Below are positions 1 to 14,095 of a stretch of 64,000 nt of DNA, one piece after another (positions within the stretch are counted from its first letter, which is position 1; each line of letters opens with the position of its first letter). The notes under the pieces are model-generated. The model saw only the letters and a list, made by a program, of their open reading frames with translations, did not search any database and was not told the DNA's origin. The position numbers and the translations under genes were made by a program. Origin of the DNA: Bigelowiella natans CCMP2755 (taxonomy: Eukaryota; Protista; Cercozoa); assembly GCA_000320545.1 (NCBI GenBank), contig ADNK01002940.1:1-64000 (forward strand). The letters are read 5' to 3'.

Positions 1-230
1 AATCATTATCCTGTTAATGGGTGGCCCCGGGTTTGGATTTCCGAAAAACCTACTAAATTTTTTTTTTATTTTTGGCCAAGTGCCCCGCTGGTAAAACCAT
101 AACGGATTTATGCAAAGAAAATAAGAGGGGGAAAGAAGTTTTTTTTTCCCCCCTTTTTTTCTTTTTTTTTTTTTTTTTTTTTTTCCCTACCCTTTAAAGC
201 CACAAAAAAAGGCCCCCCCCCCCCCCCCCC
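1..230. other. Homopolymer-rich, probably low-quality contig end
   Basis: Consecutive poly-T, poly-C and poly-A runs unlike the rest of the window. Confidence 0.6.
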
Positions 231-262
231 GTCTCATCATATCTCCATTAGATGATGACACA

Positions 263-1715
263 TCATATGATGCTGTAGTAATGAACCATGTATGGTCGGA
301 ATGCAAACTGCTGATTGTAGACCACCGCATGCCTTATTATTCGGTAGTAGGACAACAAACAACATACACACACACAATAACATAACCACGCGTACAAATA
401 CAGTACAGATATCGTTGGGCAAAGATTCATTTGGATATACTCATTGTTCGCAACTAGCAAATAATGTCTGAAAATCATTCAGGTGGTTGGCTGCTCGAGA
501 TTGGTTGCTCTTCCTAAGTTGTTTCTTCATCATATAGCTTATGTTGTTGTCTTTTGCCCATACTGTCGAATCGGTGCTGGAAGCCACAGCGTAACACTCA
601 TTGCGATGTCATCGATGGAAACTAATACATAAGAGAAGGAGGAGAAAAGAAGGATTTCAATATTCATTGCTAAAATCTTTTAACTATATAAGTTGTAGCA
701 GCAATAGCAGCAGCAGTGGCGGCATGTGAGAAGTATTTCTCTTTGACAACGCTTGCGATTCGATCAAACCTATTTTATATCTCGACAAGATGGCCACGCT
801 GAAGGTCTCATTGTGCAATTTGTAGTCGCTCTCATACGGCACACGGGTGGTGGTGCATCTGACGTCACATCATGCAGGACGAAAAACTTGAGTGTGGACA
901 GTAGGATTATATTGAAGAAGAAGGGGAAGAAGAAGAAAGAGATGATGATGATGATGATGATGATAAATTTGATGAGCATAGTGACGACATCGACCCTCTT
1001 TCTAAGTCGCAGCTTCGAGGCCAAGATACAACAGAACCTGCGATGGGTAATTGTACGTCGCTAGGCAATGCTTGTTTGTTGGAACCGCTATGCATATGCA
1101 TGATGGCTTACTGTATTTGCTTTTCAGGCGTTCGTAAACCAGATCTGCTACTCCGCCTTCCGACTGACATAGAAGCATATGATTAAGAGGAAGAACAAAC
1201 AGACGTATCTGCACGGACAGCCAAGATTTTCAGCCTCGATATTCCTATGGTGATATAAGGAGCGAGCTTCCTCCCAACACACCTGCAAAGCCACGATATC
1301 CGGAAATTCGGTCTTCTCTAGCACGTCCATAGTGAAGGTTACCATCTCTGAGAGCTCATACTGGAGAACAACAACGTGCCCACATAAGATAGAAATCATA
1401 AGGAGGAGGAGGAGGAGAAGGATAATCGCACTTTCACAGCTACAAACTCAGCCATACCCATGGATTGTTATATCTGTTGTTGATGGAGTGAAGGGGGTCT
1501 CGGTCGAGATTGAGAGTGAGAACTGAGACTCTGGAATCATTAGACGACAACCCCTCACAAGGGCTCGTCATCATCATCATCGGCAGCAGCATGACAACGG
1601 GGAAAAAGCGGGGGGATAAGCCTGATAAGAGGCGTAGAGATGACGACGGTGCAAATGTCCCTGACGACGACGATGGCCGCACAAGGGGGGCATTTGTCCT
1701 TGCAGAACAACACAT
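263..1715 (-). CDS. Endonuclease/exonuclease/phosphatase (EEP) family protein, spliced, 3' end uncertain
   Basis: Exons encode VSVLTLNL, FPDIVALQ and FSVAILSRYKI, the EEP motifs in the expected order. Confidence 0.6.
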
Positions 1716-2098
1716 TCTACTGTGTGTGTGCGTGTGTGTGCGTCCTTCCTTCCCTATCGCCGAGCTTCCTGATGCATTGTTATCGAGTATTCAGCGTGAG
1801 TCGGTGTTTTCAGGAGAGCAGAAGAAAAGGCGGTATTTACTCTGCGACAATATCTATCCTATGACTCATATCCTTAATGTTCTGTATACTCGCCCCCGAT
1901 GCGAACCGCATGAAACAAGAATGACGTCGGCACGCCGAGCTGACGCTTCGCTCCTGGTCTGAAGGATGTTTCTGGCTCAAAAATGTGGCTGGCTTGAAAA
2001 TTAGAAAATAGGAGAACAGAAGGTGATTAGATAATAGCGACATGAAAATAGCCACTTTTTTGTGAGGGAATTGGACCCACCTCACAACCCATCTGCAC

Positions 2099-2502
2099 AT
2101 GTCACAGGGCGGGACTGATAAGCGGCCACGCTACTCAAGGGGGGGGCTAGGGATCCGTTTTGCATTTGGGGTGTGTGTTCGATGAAGGCCTTAAAGCGGA
2201 TGAGATAGTGAGCGAATCTTTGTTTTGATAAGTTTAATGTTTGCAGGCGTGCCTTGGAACATGCACGGGGATCATGCTGGGAGTCATGGACGCTTTCGGA
2301 TTAGGCCAGATGGGCACAGGGGCGGCTACTACCGCAGGTGTTGCTTGTTCGTTGCAGTAAATAGATCTTCTGGTTCCAGCTCCTCTTCTCACTGCCATTA
2401 TTCCTCTTCTCTCACCACCACCACCACCACTCAGCTAAGGTTGCAAGGAAGTTCAGACCCCAAGAGAGCAAGGTTTCCGTCATTGCTCGGAGTGGGTAAG
2501 AA

Positions 2503-2539
<37 letters not shown>

Positions 2540-2690
2540 GGGAAGACGGTATCTTGGTTTGTTCCCTGTCGTCTAATCATTCGTGATTTAGCGTTATGTT
2601 CGGAGTCTTCGGAGCTCTCTACCAAGGCACGCGCCATGCTGTGGATAAGACTACTGGAAGGGTACTAAAATATTCAATAAAAGTAACGTC

Positions 2691-2723
<33 letters not shown>

Positions 2724-3575
2724 ATAGTAGTAGTAGTAGTAATAGCATCAGCAGCAGCAGTAGCCCCAATGGTACGGAATAGATGTTTATCCTACTGATT
2801 TTATGCAAAGATAGAGTAAAGATCCCTCGATCGATGATTCTCTCTCGTAATTGGGGGAAGAGTTTATGCCGATTTTTATTTCCTAAACAACTGGTGTCCT
2901 CTCCATATTCTCGACAACCAAAAATCGTAAGAAATGCTGCTTTCTTGCTTGGACACATAGTCGAATCCTGGAAATGCTGCAATAGCAGCCTCTCTAAGCC
3001 TGCTGCCCTTCGCTAAGGTGTGTGGCCACTACGTATTATGATGATGATGATGATGATGATGATGATGTTGATGATGCTAATGATGATGAAACAGTAAACT
3101 GAACCGGCATTGACAAACAACAGAGATATTATGACTACGACAATGATTGCCCTCCTTCAACATCACGCATGTTGTTTGTACAGGGTCTCAACCACTTCCT
3201 AGTCGTACTGTACGTCCGTCGCCTTTAGCCGTTTAAAAACCATCGTTCTCTTGCTATTCTGTAGGTTATTTTGCAGAGACGCTTCAACCTCTTCTACGCA
3301 CTTGGTAGTACGATATATAAGATACTACACATATATCTTTAAGTCTAATGGAATAAGTGAGAGAAGAGCGGGTTAATTACGACATATGCTATTATCACCC
3401 GAACGTGTGATTTGTTCTTGATGAAGAGATTCCATGAATAAGATTCAATCATCTCCCCGCCCCCCCCCACAGACGCTCACATTCCCAACTTCATCATCCT
3501 TTAGGCATAGTTGTGTTTGATGAAATCAACGACTACCAGAAGGCCAAAGAGCTAGAGGATTATAATTTAGACTGA
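2099..3575 (+). CDS. Tim17/Tim22/Tim23 (PRAT)-like small membrane protein, 7 exons
   Basis: Spliced product MSQGGTDKRP..FAFGACLGTCTGIMLG..ARSGVMFGVFGALYQGTRHAVDKTTGRSNPGNAAIAASL..GIVVFDEIND..; GT-AG phases consistent. Confidence 0.5.
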
Positions 3576-4120
3576 TGCATGAAGGATGCTAAGAGATGCG
3601 CCCTTGAGAAGGAATAAAACTGATGAAATCCTCCTATTAAATGCATTCTTGACCACTTCCGTATGTGAGCTACAGGGGATTTTATTTTACTGCTTCTAGC
3701 TACTAGAAAGCAGGTACTTATCCATACCATAGCTATAACAGTACGTAGTAGCTACTTGCCAGCCTAAAATAAGCAGCAGCAGCTTGAAATATCGATCAAT
3801 GTGACCTCACTAGAGTATTAAAAACGATGAAAGATGCTATTTTACCATGATTGCTCTGGGCATGCTATTTAGAGCAACCATATGTACAAATATGACGTGA
3901 CGATATATAAGTTGTATATTATATGTATGTAGCTGCTTGGTTATTGCGGCTACAGCGAGACGCACCCCCATCGCTGTGTAATGAGAGCACATTTGAAGCT
4001 AGACGAAATGTCACACAGCAAATGCATCTGCGCTGCATGCACACGTGTACTATGTAGCTACAACTTGTTTTATACACACGACAGTTGCATGCCCAGCAGC
4101 ATTATATATAGCTACATATA

Positions 4121-4157
4121 TGAGACGGATGTAAAAAATTTTGGATACAACAACGCC

Positions 4158-4200
<43 letters not shown>

Positions 4201-4274
4201 CTGTGACGCTGCTTTGCACAGCTACATTAGGATGACCATTGAAAAAATTTAAACATTTCATTACATCCGTCTCA
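4121..4274. mobile_element. 154-bp MITE-like element
   Basis: Perfect 14-bp terminal inverted repeats TGAGACGGATGTAA (4121-4134) / TTACATCCGTCTCA (4261-4274), TATA on both flanks, internal (TA)n. Confidence 0.55.
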
Positions 4275-4304
4275 TATACTGTGACGCACACATACGATGT
4301 GCAC

Positions 4305-4341
<37 letters not shown>

Positions 4342-5499
4342 CGTGTGTATGTGTGCACATGTGTCTATGCATGCATGTATAGCGCACTGACGGTGCACAT
4401 GTATAAAGACATGTCTCTATGCGTGTACAGAACACTAGAACATCTGGACAAATTTGTTTGGTGCATGTGTGGTCAGTCAAAGACAGGAAAGAGCACATGT
4501 GTGCACAGAAGTGGGCACAGGTGAAGACATTGGTACATGTGTGTTGCACGCATGCACACGCATGGCATGGAGACAATGGAGACATGTCTCTACACACATT
4601 CGTGCAGCAGCATCATGGACGGCAACAAAATGCAATGCAGCGCAACATGGCACAGGCAATCAGTAGCTGTGGAACGATGATGGCAGCAAAAAATAACAGA
4701 GATTCGATGAGCGCAAGGTTGATCTCAGCATCCCACTGACGATTCCCTGTTGCTACATATATACTTACTAGCAGTGCATTCAGAGCATGTACTTATATGC
4801 AAGCTTGCTTTCTTGAGAAGCTTACATGTAGGACGCAGATCTATCGATGTAACTACCAAATTATTCTATCTGGCTAAAAACGTGTACTCGCCATTCATTA
4901 CCATGCTGCTCCAGGCCAAGCAAAATAATAGAATGTGACGTATCGTCGCATTGAATCAACAGACACAAAGCCCACATTTAACTCATGATCCTCAGGAAAC
5001 AAGGGAGTCCCACCTATCACAACCTGACACCGTACATTTATATCATGAAAAGTCAATTAGCAGGGAGGGACGACTATAGCTTCGAATGATGACTTTTGCA
5101 CGGAATGAACTGTACATATATTTATACAAATTTATGTGTGTGCTCGTACCTCATTGAGCTGATAGACATGAGATTTAACCTCAATCTTTCCTGTATTCTT
5201 ATTCCGGAATACGCTTACCATGTCCTTGTATATAGCCTGGATATATGTGCAAAATGTGTTGGTCATGAAAACAACGATGAAGAGGATGCTTGTTATGATA
5301 ATGATGATGATGATGAACAACGATAAGGGAGAAATAACCCTCCGTACAAAGTTACAGCTATTCTTTCCGTCCGTCGTGCAAAGTACGTCTTATACATATG
5401 CATAGTGTAATATTCCTACAATTCTTTGTATACTTTTTTCAGAATCATCACCATCATCATCATTCTAAATCAGCTAATGATCGGTACTTTGCAGGTGTC

Positions 5500-6999
5500 A
5501 AGATATGGCGTCAGGAAGTCTTCATACTGGCAAAGCGAGCCTAAAATCAGCATGTGTGTGGCATTGTTGTATGTTGTCCCTGCACCCCCAAAAAAATTGT
5601 ATTAAAAATACTGCAATCTTGTATCTGTGAATCCATCATCATCGCCAATGGCAAATTCTCTCATTTTGATCCTCATAAACTAGTGGCTGGTGTGCTGATA
5701 TTATACGTTGGTTGTTACTAATTCATCTCCTCCATCGGTTTGGTAGTCGTGTGTACCTCCTCCAAAGACAAGATGCCGGAAAAGTCGGAATATCACCTCT
5801 TTCCTGTCCTCCTCGTTGAAAAGCTACGAGCCAGACAGTAGTTCACAGTCAAAAGCATTTGACAACAACAACAGAGAGTTAATGAAGTATATGAGATATA
5901 TTCATTGTGGTCATTATGGTGTAGCAAGTCGGCAAGCTGGCTCTCTGGGTTATGGAGAGAAATTTCCTTTTTTTCCTTCTGTCTTCGTACATCGTATTGC
6001 TCAGAATCTTCATCAACAAGGGCCTTCCTCAGCAGAGAGTTAATGGTCATTCCGTCTATAACGTCCTCAAAACAGCCGCGCAGCTTGCACTCTCCATTGG
6101 AGCTCACTAACCTGGGGAAGCAGTTTTGTGATGAGGAATAGAATAACGGAAGAATTCAAATAGAATAGATGATGACTTAAAATGTTTACTCTTTACAATT
6201 TGTGTGTTACAGCTTGGCTGTTGCTACTACAAGTACTACCCAGCATCCTGAATACGATCGAAGAAGCTCATGCTCGTCACTGTGGATTTGAGCGTCTCGC
6301 AACCGACCTAAAAAGAATAGTGACAACATATGAAGAAGATCTCCACAGCTTACTGTGTGCATGCTATAAGCTAGTGATGGCATATTATATGCCAGACTGC
6401 AATGAATCCTAATTCCCTTTTTAGAAAAGCATTTTTATCATCGTTCGTCGGTGCTACCGTGGATGATATTTTCCCCTGAATTCTTGAACTAGGCTTCCTC
6501 TGACCACGCGCACTCGTTCGGCATGCAAATTGCTGAAAATCCTGCAATATTAGTCCAAGTTAAATCATGAAATTTGTATCAAAGGGATTATTATTTCCAC
6601 ATATGATCTCGGCTACTACTCTCCTCCCTAACCTTGCTGCTAAGTAAGTCTTTAAGAAATATATCCTTCGTCACAGGGTCAAATGGTTCGCTGAAGCGGT
6701 ACCTTGGAGCAGCAGCAACAACAATCACAACAACCAATCGCAAAAGCAGATTTCATTTAGTATAAATGATTAAGAGCTGAGTATAATGAGCTATATCAAG
6801 CTAAACAAACAACTTTGTCGTGCAACAGATTGAATGCGCCTATCAAATAAATCAGCCCAGTGTTTTTCAGGTGTGACAGGATGATGGCTATCAAGAATGA
6901 TGTTGGCCTGTGAAGATACCTCGATATATGATAGTTAATTCCCCACTTTTCCGTGTGTTTTTTTACTTCTTTCGAGTTCAATCTGAAAATGAACACACG

Positions 7000-7042
<43 letters not shown>

Positions 7043-8524
7043 CACTCTGTCCTCATACAAGCTGGAAGAAATTTGTAGGCTGCTATGGCCATTCCTCTCT
7101 TTGTTCAGCGCACATATATATGCACATTAAGCTGTCACATTACTCTCTATTCCTGCTCAAGTGTATATATACCCACTAAAATTGGCTGCTGCCAGATGTT
7201 TGAATGTGAACCCGCCAATCTCTCGAATCTTCTTCTTGCTGTCAAATAGATCAGCTGTGACGTCATCTTTGTCCGTATTGGGGTTATCCTTGTTGTTCTT
7301 TTCCTCCTTCTCTCCTGCCACATTCCCATCTCCATCACCATTGCTTCCGGTTTTTAGCACAACCTTGAAGGTAGGGTCCTACAAGGAGTAGCCGCCAACG
7401 CACAATTAGGCACTAAATCTAAAAACGATGACAACGCATGTATGCATTTTTGATTAACTTTTATTACTATTATCACCTTCACAGGGCAACTTTCCTTCCG
7501 GGAGGAAGATGGTTCTGCACTTTCTGGATTTTCTTCTCCCTCCTCATCTCCCTCGCTGCTTTGCTGCAGTAGAGACGCGGCATCGAGTACGGAAATACGC
7601 TCATCCTGAATAGAAGACCTAGGCTGTTGCTGCTTGACATCGGGTGCAGATGCTGCAACTTCTTGCTGTTTCAAAGGAGAATCTTTACTATTGCTATGAG
7701 TTTGACTATAATGCTGGTGAGAGTTCTCATCAAGAAGCTTTTGCTTTCTCTCCTCGTCCATTGAGCTGCTGCTCGGGTTGCTCCGTCGTACTACAGCTTT
7801 AGGAAGTCCCATTCCCACCACCTCATCTTCATTATCGTAATATGTCGGCATGCTGAGACGTCGACACTGCCGTTTCTTCCAATTTTTCCTGCGTCGTCTT
7901 GTTAGCAGGGGAGGGGGTGGTGCCTGGATTTTGCCACGACGATCGTACTCTTCCCTGCTTGTGATGAGGATGCAGCCGTTTCTCTTCTTCCCCGTTAATG
8001 GCCGTATTTAGCTTATTTTAGGATATATGTCCTACGTTTATCCACTGCGACAACTCAGAATTTGCACTCTTCGGATCTTTTTTTAAGTTCACTCCTAAAT
8101 AACGTCTTTCGTGAACTGATCATCGCCTTGTTTTTGGTTGTCGCAAGGTCATAAATCGCCTTCATATTTTGTTGTCGCATCGAAGGAAATCACCTGCGTG
8201 TTGGACGTCAGCTTCTTCCGATCCGAACCTACCCCACTTTCTTCTTCTTCTTCTTCTTCTTCATTGGCTACGTACTGCTTGCCCCATTCGTTGGCTAGGG
8301 ACAGGAAGCAGTGATCCTGGGAGTGAAATTGGAAAACTTTGTAATAGGCATACAGTTTGGGCATAGCAGCATGAAGTAGTTGACAGAGAGAGTAGCATGA
8401 TTGCAACAAGGACTTACTACTGGTCTTCTTCAACTTTATATTCTCACAACAGGGGTAGAAAGGCTTACTAGGCTATACTATCGTTGGCTCTTCCGTTTAA
8501 TGACGCCCTCAGATTTCCCCACAT
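5500..8524 (-). CDS. Hypothetical multi-exon protein with acidic/low-complexity regions; boundaries approximate, may be disrupted
   Basis: Non-repeat ORFs 8149-8433, 7354-7851, 7157-7360 and 5793-6107 with plausible splice sites; no family recognised. Confidence 0.4.
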
Positions 8525-8576
8525 TCTCCTTATTCCGAGTGAGAATCGTCGGTCATTCCTGAGCCCGAAAACGACG

Positions 8577-10054
8577 ATGAGAGGGTCCGTACTGCTGCCA
8601 CTATTTATCATGGCAGCGATAGCTTCTGCTGAGAGGAAGAAGCTTACCAACGATGATTTTCCTGAGGCAGTAGTAAATGATAAGGTGCAGGCACCATCAT
8701 TCGATGAGGATGATTATGCTGCGAGCAGTTCTTGCATTGCAACTGATGATGAGGACGACAACTCTAAAATGGCCTCACAGCGATGCCTCCTTTTCCCTAT
8801 TGGAGCAAATGTAATAGCAATAGTAGTAATAGTACTAGTAATAGGACTGCAGCAGTAATAGCACTGATGGTGTTGTTATTGGTGGTGAGGGTGCACGACA
8901 ACGATTTCAGGCAGTTGACATAAAAGAACTCAGAAGATGGCGCTACTGTTGTGGTTGTGGTTGTGTTATTTTGCCGTACAGGTTGAAGCTGTCTGGGTAG
9001 GAGATGGAAACTGGTACCAGGCTAAGGTGATGATGCTGGTTCACCGTGTGATGACAGTTGCAACTACAGACATTTCGAATAGTAGCAGCCACTGGGTATA
9101 AGAGTATGTTTCCTTTCATTTTGCCAACGAATACAAGGTGTGTTGTATTCCATGATATCGATGCACGTATTGTGAACCCCCCCCCCTCCTCCCCCTCTAT
9201 TTAAGGTCTTACAAATATGGGAACCAGAAAGCCCAGAGTTTACCGTAAAGTACATGGTGCATTATATCGGGTAGTCTATCAACAACCACGGAGAGAGACT
9301 CTTAAGTTGTTCACGCCACTACCACTACTACTACTACTAGTAGTAGTATTCTCAATAAGCAGCAGCAGCAGCAGCCACTGATTTATCATCCTACGAACGA
9401 TCATCTTCAATGGTTTCTCTTCTTCTTCTTCTTCTTCTTCTTCTCTTTCTTGTTCAAGTTCCCCTTTGTTTGAGTCTATTCATTTGCCAACAAAGTACGT
9501 ATGCTGCTGATGATTGTAGTACATATTGTTCCGATTATGACGACGACAATAACAACAACAATAAAAACTATTACTATATGTTGTTGTTGTTGTCGATGTT
9601 GTTGTTGTTGTTGAACATCATCGCCCGCCGCAGCTACTCAAAGGCCGAAGACCAAATTGTATCGAGGCATCATGTCCGCGCATTGGATGGTGAGGAGGGG
9701 GACAACGATATTAGCGATAAAAACGAAGATAACGACGACTATGACGACGATAATGATGATGATGATGATGATGACCTAGTAGCTGTGGTGGAAGTAGTAG
9801 TAGTAGTAATTGTAGTATTGTGCAAATGCCCCCTATCTTGCTTGTACGTAACGATCATGCCTGTTTCTGATGAGGATAATTATGATGACGCGATGATGAA
9901 TTATGGTGTTATCTAAAGCTCCCCTCCCCCTCTCCCCCCCTATTTTCTTTCTTCAAAGCAGCATCTTCCTGGTTCGAAGATGAAGATGATTACGACAAAG
10001 AAGAAGAAGATGATGAAGGAGGAGGAGAAGAAGGAGAAGCGAATGATAACGGCG

Positions 10055-10093
<39 letters not shown>

Positions 10094-11403
10094 TGGAACT
10101 GGAAGAGGAGGTTGACGACATTATCTCAAGAAATGATCCAATACCAATTCATCATCCTCGTCGTCGTTTCCTTCTTTTCTCTTCGGTGGGAGAGCAATGC
10201 CTGGACACCGTTGAGCGCTTTTGGCTGAGGTTGTTCTTACGTTCTTAGCATCGCTAATTTGGGGGGGGGGGGGGGACTGCTTCATAGTTATTCTTATCTG
10301 AGAACGTATTATTCGGTGATGATGACACTTGTGTATATGATGTTATTTGTGTGTAGGGATACTGATGATGACGGCGCTTCAAAGGCGGAGTTTGACATAG
10401 TTCTGGTATTTTACGCACAAATGACCTCCTCACAAGTGTACGATAGGCTGAAGGAAATCGCACAAAAGTAAGCAATACCATCGATGATCTACTCGTCGGT
10501 AGAGATATACGGCTAATAACGAGACAAGCTTCCTTCTCTCATTTCTGCTTTTATTATTATCATTATTCTCATAATTTCTCTTCTGATTTGGAGTAGCCGT
10601 TGATCTTGAAGGTCAGATACATATTGTATGCTGATGGTGTTTCTTACGATATAGAAACAGAGGATTCATGACATTGATTGCGAGAAAAGACTTCAAATGG
10701 CCCAATTTTCGTTGGTATATGTTCAATACACCTACAAGTACACTACGACAATGATGATCATCATCAGCACCGTTATCATCATCAAATAAATTAAAAATAG
10801 GTGGGTTTTTGAAAGTGGAAGAGTATCAAGAAGCCATCATGATTCTACACAGCTCTCAGAAGAAGGTAGTTTTAAGGACAACTTCTTCTTCTTCTTCTTC
10901 TTCATCATCGTCATCATTAACAAAATGCATACTTCTCAGGTGATGGTGGTAGCAACACAATTCGCAGCTCTATCAAAGCCTTAAAATCAAAGTAGTAGTA
11001 GTAGTAGTAGCAGCAGCAAGTAGTAATAATAGCGATAATAAAGCGACGATGGTTTTTTCTTGTACATTAGGATGATTAATACATAGATTGGCCGATGTTA
11101 AATGATATCTGAATAATGATGACGTCAATGATGATGATAATGATGATGATAGTGATGATAACTGATACCTCGCCACAGAATGGTTGTTGATCTTGTTTGT
11201 TTGAATGATATGTATATGTGATGTGATTGTGCAGATATGAGGCCATTTGGGTACCTGACGATGATATGAGGTGCTGCTATAGTTGTAGTTGTAGTAGTAA
11301 AAGTAGTAGTAGTAGTAGTAGTAATAGAAGAAGAACAAGAAGAAGAAGAAGAAGTGGGTAACACATCACACTTCTGTAAAGGATGGTTCTCCACCCGACC
11401 CAA

Positions 11404-11443
<40 letters not shown>

Positions 11444-11811
11444 ATATGCTGGTTGTTGGATGATAACATAGAGAACTAAGTGATATTCGCAACAATCCTC
11501 ATTTATTACCATGATGAATCGTTACATCCTCATCCTCATCATCATCATCATCATCATCATCTATTTCAAATAGAATGAGCACCACAGATATCAACAACTT
11601 GTTTCACGTAGTTCTCAGGTAGTCCTATTACGACTTTTTATGCATATGTGCGTGCGTGTGTGTGTGTGTGTGTGCGTGTGTGTGTGTGTGTTTATTTCCC
11701 GTAATATGATGATGATGACCAAAAAAGGACAACTACTAGTAGAAACACAATGTGTTGCTACCATTGCTACTACTGCTACTCTTGCAAACTTTCTTCTTCA
11801 TTGTGCTCTTT

Positions 11812-11844
<33 letters not shown>

Positions 11845-13064
11845 CTTCTTGTTGTTGGCCAGACATCCAAATATTCTCATAGCCTCTCCATCATTCACTC
11901 CGACAAGTGAAGGTCAGAAAGCAAGGAATAGAGGACAAAGAAAGGCGACAACAGTGATGACGACGATGATGACGACGATGAAGATGATGATGATGATGAA
12001 GATATTTGTTCGCAGGTGTGTGGAGATACCATGACGTACACCAAGGTGCTAATACTCTTCTCAGGTACTCTTACATTCTTTCCATGGTTTCCTATGATGA
12101 TGATGATGATGATGATGAAGATGATGGTGATTAAGAATGCTGCCATTCTATTGATCAGATACACAAACTTCGTTGAAAATTCTGCGGCTCTCCTCCGACC
12201 TGTCAGTAAGCAAAGAAAGCATGCTGAATAATCGTATTATGAACATTTATGATACGTCGTTATCGTTGTGGAAGTTGCCAGTATCCATTGTTATCATTCG
12301 TATGCTGCAAGCTGCTGCTTCATGCTGATGATAGATGATAATGATGATGACGACAACGATGATGATGAACGTGTAGCTGTGTTGTGATTTGTTAGGCTGT
12401 TCTTGAGGATGAAATGTTTCGCCGATGTTTGGAGGTAGTACCAGCGTCGTTGTCATCGTCATAGTAGTAGTAGTAGTAGTAAAAGTGTATGATCAAAGTC
12501 CAATAGGCAAAGATGATATTGCTTAATATGCGGCGTCTTTAGTCGGTGATATCCCACAGCACTTAAAGCAAAGATGAATGGGTCGTTGTTACTTCTTCCA
12601 AATCAAAGAATAGGAGTATATATTAATGGGATTGCTCTCCAGCTTGCATATCTCCTCCTCATGTCATCGTGATTATGCTGTTGTAACGTGTTGTAACACT
12701 ACTTACTTCTCCTCTCCCCCCCCCTCCCCCCCTCCCCCCTCTAGGCTGTCATCAGTGGATGTTATCTTGATTTCTGCTTCTTCGCTGCTGTTGGGTACAA
12801 CGATGGGGATGATGACGACGAGGATGATGATGATGATAACGAGGAAGAAGATGATGATTGTGTGATGGTTTACCACGGGATAATAATATCGATTAATGAG
12901 GGAACAGCAGCTAGTAGGCAGTAAATATATGTGAATTCGAGACAAAGAGTATAATCCAATGCGTAGTAGTAGCAGCAGCAGTAGTAGTAGTAGTAATAGT
13001 AGTAGTAGAAATGGAAAGTATAAAGAATCTAGTATACCCATCATTCCAATGGGGCTGTCAAGAC

Positions 13065-13110
<46 letters not shown>

Positions 13111-13834
13111 TCAATATTTTAGCTACTCGGAAGAGCGTATTGCTATCGTGGATACCTCCATATGCATGCACCCGCACAGGTACTACTACTTCTACTACTA
13201 CTACTACTAGTATGAGATTGATTCTCAAAGAATCATCCTCGTTTCTTTATTCTACTTACTACAATAAATGGCCCGCAGTTGTGATGTTATATATAATATA
13301 TATCATTATCAATCATCTTCATGGCACGTTATTACACGCGTCTTTTCGGAAAGAAGAAGTTTAATGCAGATCTATGCATTATGGTGGTGGAATATGATGA
13401 TTATAGTGCTGAGAGTAGAAGTAGCAACAACGCCCAAAGGAATATTTGTATATATACATATACTCACTTCATGAATATACCCTAAAATGCATGATTCGAA
13501 AAGCGAGTACACATTGAGACTCTACCACTACTACTACTACTACTACAACTACTACTAACTGATGTTTCCACGTAGATCTGAAGAGACGAAGTCAGAACTT
13601 GTGAGAGAGCTTGGGATGGATTGGAAAGTAACTATAACAATTACTCTAACGAGATGAAGATGAATGTGTGAATCAGTACTGAGCAGACCCATCAGAATCC
13701 CATGCTTTTTTTTATTGATCACTCCACTGCCCTTGCAACCTCAAACAGGATCACTGGAAGGACATGGAATCGTTTGACCACCACAATGTACCGAGAGATG
13801 TCTACTGGTGGGTATTATGCGTATCATATGCGTA

Positions 13835-13879
<45 letters not shown>

Positions 13880-14095
13880 TGGCTAGAACAAGAAGGAGGA
13901 CCTTGTGACAAGTTGAAGAGTAAAAGGGGAGGGCAGCTAGTGTGAATATTAAGATTTATCATATGCGATGATGATGCCATGGTTTTGATTTTCTTAGATA
14001 TTATTACACGTGTTGTTGTTAATATTGATTGGTTGATTGATTGATTGATTAGGTGGAGAGAGCCTGTCGTGTTCGATACCGTAAAGTTTGCTTAG
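8577..14095 (+). CDS. Signal peptide + Tudor/chromo-barrel-like domain + DUF707-like (glycosyltransferase-like, DxD) domain
   Basis: MRGSVLLPLFIMAAIASA; DKVEAVWVGDGNWYQAKV..YMVHYIGYSKAEDQIV; RRFLLFSSVG, FDIVLVFY, KDFKWPN, YEAIWVPDDDM, INNLF, IASPSF, RYTNFVE, IAIVD..HP; stop TAG 14093-14095. Confidence 0.65.

Noticed and set aside
229-236. CCGTCTCA as another MITE terminus
   Set aside because: Only 8 bp and adjacent to low-quality homopolymer sequence.
6890-7230. PIP5K-like resemblance (FTFKHLAAANF..WGI)
   Set aside because: Downstream kinase motifs (GKSGS, DLKGS) were not found.
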